64,000 bases of DNA. Origin: Balanoglossus misakiensis. Lineage: Eukaryota; Animalia; Hemichordata. Both the position numbers and the translations under genes were made by a program. The notes under the pieces are model-generated. The model was not told the DNA's origin and did not search any database. It worked only from the letters and a program-made list of their open reading frames with translations. Every line of letters starts with the position of its first letter. Position 1 is the first letter of the stretch. The stretch covers positions 15,112,998-15,176,997 of the forward strand of contig CM082578.2 in the NCBI GenBank assembly GCA_040954595.2. The letters are read 5' to 3'. Positions 1 through 12,383 of this stretch are shown piece after piece.

Positions 1-74
1 GTTCTGGCCTTGGCAGCGTTGATCATTCTCAGCACTATAATTACACTTCTTGTTGCCAACAGGTGGCGGCTGAG
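1..74 (+). CDS. 3' end of an upstream TLR-like ectodomain/transmembrane exon (paralog of 1390-2384), truncated by window edge
   Basis: Frame 1 reads VLALAALIILSTIITLLVANRWRLR, 15/25 identical to LLAVVAVLIISVMITLLVYNRWRIR at 2311-2384. It ends at the same point, AG|GTAGGT (phase-2 donor at 75-76). Confidence 0.85.
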
Positions 75-1389
75 GTAGGTCCTGTTTCAGATGAACTGCT
101 ATCAATGTCAACACCATCAACTTCCTCAAACTTGACATTCACTCGTCAATAACATCTGTTCCACTGCTTTTAGCTCTTAATGATAATTTCATTGTTGGGG
201 TTTATTTCGAACAAAGTACAAATTCCGTCCAAAGTTTGACATGTGCCAACGTACCATGTGTGAATAGTCATACACAAATGAGCACAAGGACGAAACGAAA
301 CTCCTGCGCTTTGGCGCTATGCACCACAGAGGTGTGATCACCAAAAAGTTTAAGTTATCTCCCTTCGTCAGAACAGATACCTTCCTGAAAAATACTGAAC
401 GAAAACAAGACCGAATAATGCGAAATACGTCACAACTTAAAGTTGTTTTTGCATTGGCCGACATCATGGCAACTTAACTATGTAAACATGAAATGACATG
501 ATCTAGTCTTGTCTTGTCTTAGGTCAGGTATGTACCAGATTTCCAGCATAACAACTAAAACATTTACCGTCGTCACTGAAGAATCCTTATTTTGCTATGT
601 ATAGACATTAACTGGTTACGACCGTACCATAACATTTCCTCATCGATGCGTGCATAAAATATCAGTTTAGGTACCTTTGTAGGGTTGGGGAAAAGGTTGC
701 TAGATTTAAAACTACATTTACTCATTCTTGCAATATAGAACAAACTATGGCCTGACACTCTTCCGCCAGACTGTTTGTTCCTTCCTGGTATGATAGTCTC
801 GGTACAGTTTGTTGTTCTCAAACCCTGGCATATTTCGTGCATTTTGTCCAAACAACATTGAAGTCGACACGAAAGTAGCTCGAACACAATTAGGTGTATT
901 GAAGTCATGGGAAAATGTGTTAATCTCTAGGGTCAGGAAATCCGCTGTTTTCTTTCTTTCGGGAGATCGGAAAACAGGCATGACAAGAGAAAGACTCGCT
1001 CTTGTCACCTGACATTTTAAATACGAGTCGTCACGTTCAAATGTTTTGAGCATTGTCGCCTCATGACAGACAGATGTCAAAATCTTTGTTTGTGAAGAGG
1101 CTGTTGAGGTAGAGGTTGCGGCGCATATGTGTAACCATTGCAAATATTTTAGATAAGAACGTCTGATTAATTACAACTTGATCCATATGGATTGGACTTA
1201 GTACTAATATTCAGTCAAAAGATTTGCATGCACCAGCTGGAGTATTGCGCCCTCGACGGGCTTGTTGAGCACCGCCTCCTATTCTGTATCTAATACTAGA
1301 AATCACATGACCACTACAACTTTTGCGTGGTTTGCCCAGACCGATTTATAGGAAGTTAGTGTACAGTTAGACTTTTGTCAGCTGCAGCG

Positions 1390-2384
1390 ATGGTGATCAA
1401 AACATCTGCTTTAACCCTGCTTTGCCTCTTAGTCTTGGGTTACACGCGTTACGCGAATGCCGGCAGTTGTGTTCCAGCGACGAACGTGTCTTGCCCAAAT
1501 GTGTGTATTTGCGAGTACTGCGACATGCCGTGGCCGTTTAAAAGGCTGAGGGTTGACTGTGCATCAAGAAAGCTGAACGCTGTACCAGACAATATACCGC
1601 TGGAAACGGAATCTTTGAACCTGGCCCAAAATGGTATCGGCCGACTTATAAAACCTGGCGATATCTCGTATTTGAAGAGACTCTACCGACTGGACCTGAG
1701 CTACAATCTTTTGGACAGCAACGCAATGTATCCCGGGGTTTTTGAAGGCCTCGAAAATCTGAATAATCTTATTTTGAAGTTTAACCGAGCTCTGAAGACG
1801 ATCCCTAACCAGTGGTTCCGAACTTTGAAAAATCTCTGGAAAGTTGATCTCGAAAGAGCACACGTAGTAACGATTGAAGAAGACGCCTTTCGATTTAATT
1901 TGAAATTACGATTCATTGTTCTTCGCGACAATCAGATAAAGCACATCGCACCTTCGCTTTTTCGGGGACTTCCGTCACTAGAGAAAGTTTTGTTGCAAAC
2001 GAATCAGTTGAAAACACTTCCTCACGACATGTTCAATGGGTCTCTAAATACAGACGAACTAAATGTCTACAACAACAAAATTACAGTGATCTCACCGACA
2101 ACAGGACTTCAGAAGATGGAGAACTTGAAAAGACTGTCCGTGTATCAGAACCCCTTGGATTGCGGCTGTGATCTTGTCTGGTTTCGTCGGTGGATTGACA
2201 CTGTTGACGTCATCGTCAAGGTTCACAACACGACGTGTGCATCGGGAGAAAATATCATGAAGTTCAATCCCGATGACCTGGTGTGTGAATTTCCCGTCGT
2301 CATGGTGACCTTACTGGCTGTTGTAGCTGTTCTCATTATCAGTGTCATGATCACATTACTTGTCTATAATAGGTGGAGAATAAG
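1390..2384 (+). CDS. Toll-like receptor exon: signal peptide, LRR-NT, ~8 LRRs, LRR-CT, transmembrane helix
   Basis: ATG 1390; hydrophobic signal (LTLLCLLVLG); LRR-NT CPNVCIC...VDCASRKLNAVP; LxxLxLxxN repeats; LRR-CT NPLDCGCDLVWFRRWI...C...C; TM helix; phase-2 donor AG|GTATGG at 2385. Confidence 0.93.
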
Positions 2385-3508
2385 GTATGGCCGAAATCTA
2401 ACTGTGAAACTGAAAGTTGATTGCGCTGGTATTTAATGGTGCAGCTAGTACAAAATTTTAGAAATATTCTAACTTGAAAAAAATGAACAGTCTGCGTTGT
2501 GCACCTCCTTTATAAACTTGAACGTGCTCGTTTTGAAAATATGCATATAGATTTGTGGCTACATCATGAGCTGGACGTCGTTAAAATTCAGCCATAATGC
2601 GGGATAAAGCTTAGCATTCTGACCCCTGTTGTTTGCAGAATGGCTCGCCTCTTCGTGAACTCCAGTGACCCTTTTGTATCAGACCCTTTTCAAGATCCGT
2701 GCAACGATTTCGTGGTCCTCACCCCCGTACGATACACAAGTATTATAACTTTGTGGTACGTTGGGTTTGTTGAATGCAAATGCCTGCCAGCAGTTGTTAA
2801 TCTTTCACTGGGGTTTGTAGTAGGTTGAGATCACCATGTTGCAACCATGGTTACGCCATTTTGAAATGCGGTCTGGCATATCAGATTCGAATTTATTGAC
2901 ATCGTCCGTTTCAACATGACCGCATATACAGTGCCCTGAAATCCTTGAAAAGAAAACTCACTGAACACACGTCGCGTATTGAATTGCCAGATGAAAAGAG
3001 GAACTTCGCGAATTTTCAACGGGGAAATTTCTTTTTCCTACTCTCAAGTACTTCTCATATTGTGTCGTTGCATAAGAAAGAAACCAGCATATCGCATGTC
3101 GTAATATCTCCATGCATTTTGAAAACAGTCTAAGTAATAGGAGAACAATTTCGGTTTTCTTACCAACGCGATTAGCTGTAAAGTACTGAGCATCTTTCTA
3201 TTGTTGGTGGGGTGCGTGTGTGGGCGAACAGGGTCAATCACATGACCCGGCTCTTGATGATTTGTCGGAAAAATCCGGTTTTTCGGTCTGCACTGACAAA
3301 CAGGTTATTTTGGGTTGTTTCACTCTTCTGCTTTCTTGTCCATGTACATGTATTTCAATTTCGATCATTTCACTCGTGACTATGATTAGCCAAGAGCTTG
3401 GGTACCCTTACACCCACTGCAAGACAATTGTAACACACTTATTTGCTACGTTTATTTCGCAGGTTCTTTTCTCTAAAAGTTGCTTCTTGTCTTTTTATAC
3501 ACGTACAG

Positions 3509-4034
3509 ATACTATCTATTTCGCATCAAGGTATTCTTCAAAGGGTACATTCCCTTTGATCATAAGGAGGAACTTCCCAGCGAGTATAAGTATGACATTT
3601 TTGTGTCACACTCTAACAAAGACGAGGACTGGGTTCTTCAAGTTCTGCGGCCAACACTCGAAAGTCCGCCTTACAACTACAGACTATGCCTGGACTTCCG
3701 CGATTTCATCGTCGGCAACCACATTTCGGAGAATATCCTGGCTGCTATCAACGAGAGCCGAAAGACGGTTTTTGTGGTCACCAAGGAGTTCATCGTCAGC
3801 GAGTGGTGCTATTTCGAGCTGGAGATGGTTCGCCAGAAGATGTTTGACGAGCACCGAGACGTGGCCGTGTTGATTCTCAAGGAGAACGTGCCAACCGCCA
3901 GAATGCCGGGCCTACTGCAGTACCTGATGAGGCGCGGAAATCACATCGAATGGAGCGATGATAAACAGGGACAGAAGTTATTCTGGAAGAAACTGGAAAA
4001 CTCCGTCAAAGAAACCGCGGTCAACATGGTTTGA
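3509..4034 (+). CDS. TIR-domain exon of Toll-like receptor (joined to 1390-2384 gives a 506-aa TLR)
   Basis: Acceptor ...tttttatacacgtacag|A completes an Arg codon in phase 2. Box1 YDIFVSHS, box2 RLCLDFRDFIVG, SEWCYFEL, box3 FWKKL, stop TGA at 4032-4034. Confidence 0.93.
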
Positions 4035-5394
4035 TCGGGTAAACTTGAATGAAAGACTATCTCAGTAGAGTAAAGACAATTTGCCCAGAATCATTATTCT
4101 GTGATTTCTATATAGTTAACGACACAGCTCATTCTCTTTCGTTTTTGTCCTTCCAGGAATTACCTATACATGTAGTGTTTTCATTATCAGTATAAATCTA
4201 CATCTGGGGTCCACAGATCCGAGGAACTCTAATACTTTGATACCCCCTAGCCGGGGTTATAAAAGTCAATGACGTCGGATTTATCCACCTTTAAGTTCAA
4301 AGTTATACCAATTGAGTTAACAGATTTCGTCATATTTCCAGCATGATAGTTCAGAATTTTTGATAGCATCGCGACTAATTTGCATAACAATACACGCAAT
4401 TGTAATGTTAGTTAGATCCAATTGTTTTCCTTAAAGTAAATGGTAGCTCTGCAGAGGAGAACACCGCTAATTATGGTTCTCGTTGTAGTTATACAGGTTA
4501 TAAAGGCCGCCGTGTAGTGAACATGTTTTTTAGAGTAATTACTACAGATGTAAGGGCTTATAATTAACATATCTGTCTATGTTGTGACATAATGACTACG
4601 ATAAAATTGAAAGAAGTAGCATGCTAGGTTTTTCGTGTCAATTTTCAATCACGACACAGGAATTTTATGTGAACTTTGTGCCGTTTCCAGATAAACACGC
4701 AGAATTAGCTTTACATACGCGATACAAGCTCTTCGGGGTCGTTTTCAGGACAAGATACTTTGTATATTGACTTACGAGTCCTACACTGTCCATGACGTTG
4801 GGGGCGCTACGCATGGGTCGATCAAACGATGCGTGGTCACAGATGCTGTGGTCGAAAAGTTGACCAACCTTCACTGAAACGGAAAACAAATCAACATGTT
4901 TTCACTATTTCCTATTGATAGGAAATTCGTTATATAAGATATATCCTACAGCTGGCGTAGTTTGGATAGTTGAGCGACATAGTACGCACCTCAAAATCTT
5001 TTAGTCAATAGTTTTGTGTACGTTGTTACCTGTTTTCGTGTCTGTCATCAACGTGTACCTGAACGGGCAGAGGACCCACTGACAGAGACTCATTCACCTG
5101 TGAGTTGTGAGTCGAGAACGAGGCAAAGAGAGATATGAGGGAAATTAGCTCGCTGACCTGAAAACTTTACAATAGATCTATAGATAGTTGTAATACTGTT
5201 AATGTCTTAAATCACATTTAGTGGTATTAACAAAATAAAAATCTTATAATTATAACGATAACATTTCCATTTGGGATAGGGTGACGAATGGTGACTTGTT
5301 CATTTGTGATGATAGCGGGCGGGGTTATTTAATCTGAGTTCTGGGTCAAACATTCCGATTTCATAGATAACAGCCCCAATTTTGGTACAATTGT

Positions 5395-8300
5395 ATGTCG
5401 CACAATCAAACAGTTTTGTTCAAATCAAACATGGAGTCGTACGAAGTTGGCGGCACTGGAGAAGTGCATTCCGACGCGAAACCCAAGAAGGGATGCTTCG
5501 TGACCAGACAATCGGCAGTGCTGATCACCATCGTTGTCATTTTCTTTTTCTTTCTCGTTGCGGTATTATTCTACTTCTTGCCATTATACAGCACGCTTCC
5601 AGATGAGGAGTGCACACCGGCCCCAGAAGAAGATCTGGATCCCTTGCCACCGATACCAGCCGATCCAGTGCCCACGGAGGACCCACGTGGTCCCTACGAA
5701 GGCAGACTACCAGACTCTCTTCTACCCGAACACTACAATGTTTGGATAAAAACATATCTGGATGACGAGGATGGAGACAAGAAATTCACGTTTGACGGTT
5801 CGGTTGACATACACCTGAGATGTGCCGAAGACACAAACATCATCAAAGTCCACTTTTTGCGTCTGAACATCGACTATCAATCGATAAAGGTTACCCACTT
5901 ACAGACGAACAACAACCAAATAGACCAAACCATAAGGGACATATACACTGAAGAAATATACGACTTTTTGGTGATTGAACTTGAAGAGGTGTTACTGACT
6001 GGAGAATTATACTCACTAAGCATAGACTATAATGCTACTCTCCCAAACCAGCCCTATTTCGGCTACTATCGGTGTAAATATGACGTTGGCGGAGAAACGA
6101 GGTATTTGGACTGTCATTCATTGTTTATTTCATGTTTCCATTTTCACGATGTTGAACGTGTTAACCACCCTATTATACACTGAACGGCACCTTTGGCCAC
6201 TAACTATGCATGCACACGGGAGACACACGCGCGACCACCATGGGTACTGATGACATCACTGGAATGAAAGATTAACTTAATGGCGATGTCTCTGACCTTT
6301 AGACAGCTAATTTTATAGCGCAGGGTAAAGAGGATAAGACCTATCAAAGCAAATATTATTCTGTCATTCATTAAACATGAACTCATGATGTTTTTGCTTT
6401 TGGGGTCAACTCAGTCTTTCCCTCTTCTTGACAAGATGGCAGAGAGAAAATTAAAATACTGTCGAGTCCTACAATATCGTTGTTCTTTTTGTTATTTTCA
6501 GATGGATTTCTGGCGCTGTTTTCGAACCGCACGGGGCAAGGATGACCTTTCCGTGTCTTGATGAGCCTCACCTGAAAGCCACGTTCGACATAGTCTTGGT
6601 GCACAGACCAAAACGAAGAGCTTTGGCAACTATGAACGAGGTGGCGTTTGAAAGCGACGGAGAATGGAACACGACTTATTTCAACCGCAGTGTGATCATG
6701 CCAACTTATACTCTGTCTATCTCTCTGACTGATTTTGCAAGTTTGGAAATGACGACGCCGAATGATATATTGGTGGGTATAAATGTTTTATGTAGCAAAC
6801 GCTTCTTATGCAAACTATGAAGACTGCGGTTTTTGCTTTTAACCACGTGCGCGTATTATGTATGACGGGCCAATATCACTTCAGCTTGATTGACTCTTAA
6901 AGTTACATTTCATTTTATTCACAGTTTCGTGTGTGGGCAAGTGAGGAGGACATCATGGCCGCCAATTATTCCCTGTACATAGGATCTGCCTTGTTGACAT
7001 ATTTCGAAGATTACTTCAACCAAAGCTACACAATACCAAAGATGGGTTAGTTTAAAAATGCAAAACTGATGTGATGTGATGTGATGTGATGTGATGTGAT
7101 GTGATGTGATGTGATGTGATGTGATGTGATGTGATGTGATGTGATGTGATGTGATGTGATGTGATGTGATGTGATGTGATGTGATGTGATGTGATGTGAT
7201 GTGATGTGATGTGATGTGATGTGATGTGATGACCAGTAATATTTTTTCATAGATGCAATATTTATAAGTACTGTAAGACATATCCTTCCCCCCACCAGAT
7301 ATGCTGGCCTTCCCCGAGTTTGCTTCTGGTGCTTTGGAATGCTGGGGGCATGTAATGTACCAAGATAGCGCCATGTTGTATGATCCTGAGGCAGATCCTC
7401 CAACACAAGAAAAGAGGGTTGCGTCGATTGTCGCACATGAAATATCTCACATGGTAAGTTCCTGTTGTCAGATTTTCAGTGAATTTCTTGAGGAGCGCCC
7501 CCAACGACAAATGTTTATGCAATATTTTCTCTTTTTGTATTATTTAATATATAGTGAATGAATATTTTGAATTTTTATCATTACAGTTATTGCGAGTATG
7601 TGTATTTTTATGCGGTGACTTTACATGACAATTTTTTGCAACTTAAAAAGTTATTTTGTTTCTTTCAGTGGTTTGGTAATTCAATTACTCCAGAGTGGTG
7701 GGACCATCTTTGGCTCAATGAAGGATTTGCCACTTTCATTCCATACATAGGCCTCGAACGATTCTACCCAGAATGGAAAATTGTAGGTCATATCAAGTTC
7801 TCCATTGAGATGATTTGATTTTTAGAATTCTCTCCGTCGACGACTTATTAGAGAAAGGTTAGGATTCATTCTCCATATTATCTCATTTCATGTCACTCTT
7901 ATGTCTTATGGTGTTTGTTCTTCTCCTTAACAGTGGGACCAGTTTCTTACCGATGATCTCGCTCCCGCATTTTCGGTGGATTCTACATATCAGTCAAAAC
8001 CACTGATCCGAACAACTGAATGGGTGGACGAGATATTTAGTATGTTCGATACAATATCATACAGCAAGGTACGCCGTAGCTATCATAATTACACATTCGA
8101 ATGTTTGGTATGTTATTAGGCCTAAATGAAGTCTTGAAAACAAACGAAATATATTGCAAATTTAATTCATTGTGACTTGAAAATTGTCAAATAACACTGT
8201 CGGTTTCTCTCTAGGGAGGTTCTGTTTTGCGGTCACTTAACACCTTCCTACGTAACGACACCATTTCCGAAGGCATAAAGCGTTATCTCCAAGAACATGA

Positions 8301-11300
8301 GTATGGTTCCGTTGTTACAGACGACCTATGGGATGCTTTAGCCAAGGTACGTTTTTGTAAAACAAGAAGAAAATGATATTTAAATGTGTAAAGCCCTAAA
8401 TAAATGAGTAGGGTTGCATTCCCACTAAACGAACAGTCGTCACCATGGAATTGACACAATCTAGCGAAATAAACGACTGTTGTAATAATCGTTGAACTAT
8501 ATTTCTCTGTAGGCTGACGAAAACGACCAAAATACGGATGTCAAGCAAATCATGGATACTTGGACACTACAGTCAGGTTACCCCGTGGTCACTGTCATTC
8601 GCACTGGCGTAAATACCGTAGAAATCAATCAAACACACTTTCTTCTGGACCCAAACGACGAACCCACAGACGAGTACCCAAATCTAGGGTATGTTGCATA
8701 TAGTTTTGTTACCATGATATTAGTGAAAGAATACCCACATTTTCGACCCTTTATTCAATTTATGGTATGCAAAAATCATATACATTTTGTTTTCTTGAGT
8801 TTTCACAGTTCACCTCACAAACTACACGTGTATCTGTATTGTTTGTAGGTACAAGTGGTACGTGCCGTTGACCTACACACACCAATCTGATATCAATTTC
8901 TATTCACCCTCGTACGACATGTTATCACCGGAGGAAGATACAAGTGAGTAACTGTGTGTGTTGTGCTTGTCGTTGCTGTTTTTGTTGTTGTTGTTGTTGT
9001 TGTTGTTGTGGTGGTGGTCGTGATATCTTTTGCTATCCTAGATAGCGTTTAGACCGAATGGATTATGTATGTCAACACACAGTGACCAAAGCCTTTGAAT
9101 TTCACACGTTTGTTTGTAGAACCAGTACACTTGGAAGGGGCGAAGGAAGATGACTGGGTCTTATTCAATATTGACCAAAGAGGCTACTTTCGCGTGAACT
9201 ATGACAACGATAACTGGGGGAAGCTTTCGGAACAATTAAAGACCGACCACAAGGTTCGTACATTTACTGTATTCTATAAATATAAATTAATTCTCAAGTT
9301 AAAATTCTGAAATTGTTGGCTTATTACCTGAATAAAGTGCATCTCCACGTTATAATGTCACCGCTATCGAATATCAACGGTAAAATAACTACCAAAGATT
9401 TGATTAAATTGTCACGATTTCCTGTTTGCAGGTGTTCCCGGCCCAGACACGGGCCAGTCTCCTAGACGACTCTCTCACTATATCACAGCCTGGATATGTA
9501 GATCATGTATACGGACTGAAACTGACAGAGTATATGTACTATGAAGAAGAATACGCACCTTGGGAACTTGTACTGGATGCGATCCCTTTCACACATGGAA
9601 TGCTATTGAGAACGTCGGAGTTCGGATTATTTCAGGTATTGGCCTTTCTTCGTGATGCCGTTTCAAATATTGTATTGAATGAACTATGCATATATCCCAT
9701 TTCGTTGTGTTTTGGTCCCTCCATCACCAGGGTTGTGTCAACAAAAAATTGTACACTCACGAATAAGTGGCTTTTCCTACGTAGTTTTCGAATTTTTCAC
9801 GTTTATACGATACTCTCTATAGAAATATTGGAGAAACCAGATTTTACCGCTGTATCTGACACTGGGATGGAATTTTACCAATAGTGACCTTCTTGATTAG
9901 TAAGTTACGTTGACTTTGTTTATATAGCAGAAGTAAGGTTCATTAATGTTAGTTAACGGGATTGTGGTGGTGTTATCGTGTATGGTGTAGTGGTGAATTG
10001 TCCGGGGGCAGTTGTCCGGGGGGGGGGCAGTTGTCCTAGAACCGTATTGTTGGTATTGGTAAATGGTGATGTGTCTATGCGACAGTGGTGTTGTGTAGTG
10101 ACGGTGGTGGTGTTACCACTGGCAGTAAATTGGTGTTGTATGTGGTGCCCTTAGAAACACAAGGACAGTATGTGAGACACCCCCCCCTCTTTAATGTCTC
10201 TTTAACATAAAACGTCGGACAAATGTACCTCCGGTCGGAATAACATTGACTAATTACAATCCCTTAATCGTCTCCGCCAACTTCCCGCCAAAAGTTACCA
10301 AAGAATCAATGCCATCGAAACTTCCTGTCTCTATGGAAACGAAGATTGCATCAGCGTTGCCAGATCATTGTATCAAGCTTGGATGGAAAACCCGGACGTC
10401 GATCCGTAAGATTATTGTTTTTTTTTATATTTTCAATGGATCTTGATTTTATCACTTTTGATGTGAGCTTTCGAGGGTCACATGACTTTAAAGTTGTTTA
10501 TATGTTATTATGTTAAACGTTAACAAAATAGTGACTGCATTGATTTCGCATTCTGCTTACAAGTTCACGATCTAATCACAGTTGTTATGACTTTTCCATC
10601 TTATTCCGTTTACTTCACTGTTTGCTGTATAGAATAAACAACATGAGGGATGATGAGGCAATGCGTGGTCTGTTCTGCAGTTCCCGATGAGCAGATTCTG
10701 GGCCAAGTTCCCCATAAATCAGAACTTTGACCGTCGCTATGTTTTGTTTATTGCAGGATTCCACCGGAGGTTGACGAGATTGTTTATTGTACGGCCATAA
10801 GATACGGAGGTTCTGCAGAATGGCAGTTTGCCTATGACCAATCGAAGTCGTCAGATTCCAGTAAGAGAAGTTTGCTGGAGAGCGCCATGGGTTGCTCCAG
10901 AGACGACTGGCAACTACAGAGGTAAGAAAAATTCCATGCATCATTCGATTCACAGATGTTAAGTGCGAAAAGATGTGAGCTATTAATATAACTTTCACAT
11001 GTTAAATTATTTTTATCGAATGCTTTGTAAACTACAAGGAATTTCTGGCATGTGACGCGCTTTTGTTTTTTAGTTGTCAGCGCTGGTGTCTTTGCTTCAG
11101 CACGTCACTCAACATCACTTCAATCTGTGTTCATGCTCTGCATCAGAGTTAGGGGGTTTCAAGTTGAAACGTAAAACTTCGAAAGTTTTAATTTGAAATG
11201 CCCTTTTTTTATTTTAGCTACCTGGAAGATTATCACACCGACGATAACAGTCGAGTTGCAATCAACAACATCCGGGAAAAGTCATCGCTGGGCTTTGCAA

Positions 11301-12102
11301 CTACATGGGAGTTTACCATGACAAATTTTGAAGAACTTCAGCAAATGTAAGGGTCGGAATACAATTATAATTATTATCCGAAGTGATATAAAGTTAAAAA
11401 ACTATCAACAATAATATTTCGAATTGAAACATCGCCTGTGTTGGCGATGTTGTTGTAAAATCTAAAATCTATTATTGTTCATGTTATGCATTTTCAGTCA
11501 TTGATACTTCATGTACAACCTTTTCAAAAGTGTGACCCCAACTGCAACCTTTCAGTTCGGGAATTTCCGTTTTGAAGATCGGGTTGCTATTGGCTACATT
11601 ACATGACCTTATCTATTCTAACATTTCTTTGTTAAAGATATGGTGATTCTGCCTTCGACATTGTATGGGACTTTGCCGATCTGATGACAACCAAGTACGA
11701 CCTCGACAAGGTATGAAAATCGATGTACTCTTTGTTTGCCAACATCTGATAGGTCTCGTCAGGTACTGTAAAGTTGGTTTCACGCTTAATATTTTTGTCT
11801 TTCGTCAGATTAACATGTTCGGCATGAAATACAATGACATGCCGGAGTCAGCTGCAAGCGGGTTCTACAGAACGATCGAAATAGTTGAAACCAACATTGC
11901 TTGGATGAACAGGAATCAAAACAGCATACGTGATTGGCTCGGTGACGTCACTAAAGACATGACCGATATGACGATGCGTGCGCATTCCGTCGATGATATG
12001 CTGATTGAGAACATCAAATCGACAGTGACAAAACGTAGGGCTCCTGTTCGCGATCTTCCGAAAAAGAAACCATTTTGGAACTTTGCACGAAATAGCGAAT
12101 AG
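5395..12102 (+). CDS. M1-family zinc aminopeptidase (aminopeptidase N-like, type II membrane), ~17 coding exons
   Basis: N-terminal TM anchor; RLPDSLLPEHYNV; FEPHGARMTFPCLDEP; GALEC in place of GAMEN; HEISH-x18-E; SYSKG catalytic Tyr; MDTWTLQSGYPVV; GYFRVNYD. Exons approx 5395-6101, 6502-6772, 6925-7045, 7299-7453, 7669-7782, 7934-8068, 8215-8346, 8513-8688, 8849-8944, 9120-9253, 9432-9635, 9822-9899, 10295-10405, 10757-10921, 11218-11346, 11638-11710, 11809-12102. Alternative start at ATG 5431. Confidence 0.92.
7067..7232. repeat. Perfect pentanucleotide microsatellite (GTGAT)~33 in aminopeptidase intron 3
   Basis: Directly visible; fills about two thirds of the 253-nt intron 7046-7298. Confidence 0.98.
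8983..9018. repeat. (GTT)n/(GGT)n microsatellite
   Basis: tgttgttgttg... followed by gtggtggtg, intronic. Confidence 0.85.
9995..10043. mobile_element. Probable terminal fragment of a non-autonomous DNA transposon (tandem GGGGGCAGTTGTCC units ending CCTAGAACCG)
   Basis: Three imperfect (A/G)TTGTCC units separated by G-runs, resembling subterminal repeats of invertebrate MITE-like elements. No partner end seen. Confidence 0.4.
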
Positions 12103-12383
12103 ATGCGAATGCACATATAATGTTCGACTCACAACCAGAATTAAACGGTGACTCCCCAACGTATTATTTCTTTTAGAAAGAAATTAATTAACACGCGTAA
12201 AAGAAGAGTCAATATTTCGAATTAAATTCTTTCTGTATGTTTCCTATTCTGCCATCATTCTTTCTATTTAACCTATGCAAGTTAAATGTGATATTTTGTG
12301 AGATAGACTGGGTATGTTTAGCGAATTTAGAAGTTTAGATTTAAGTATTAAAATCATTATATACCAGAATATTAGATTGTAAT

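Noticed and set aside
268-477. ATG-less + frame SYTNEHKDETKLLRF...FKLSPFVRTDTF...NTSQLKVVFAL with faint TIR-like echoes, just after the upstream TM exon
   Set aside because: No box1 (YDxFxS), no conserved Trp, no WCxxEL or box3, no pyrimidine-rich phase-2 acceptor, and only 69 codons. Probably chance. An HMM search (PF01582) should confirm, because a decayed TIR here would weaken the shared-TIR model.
573-1143. Overlapping minus-strand ORFs (111 and 132 aa) between the TLR cassettes
   Set aside because: No recognisable motifs or exon structure; treated as spurious.
3220-3873. 217-aa + ORF overlapping the TIR exon
   Set aside because: Alternative-frame shadow of the TIR exon plus intron; no domain features.
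6919-7436. ORFs with (ITSHH)n His-rich repeats
   Set aside because: Translation of the intronic (GTGAT)n microsatellite, not a His-rich protein. Not a CRISPR array either, since there are no spacers.
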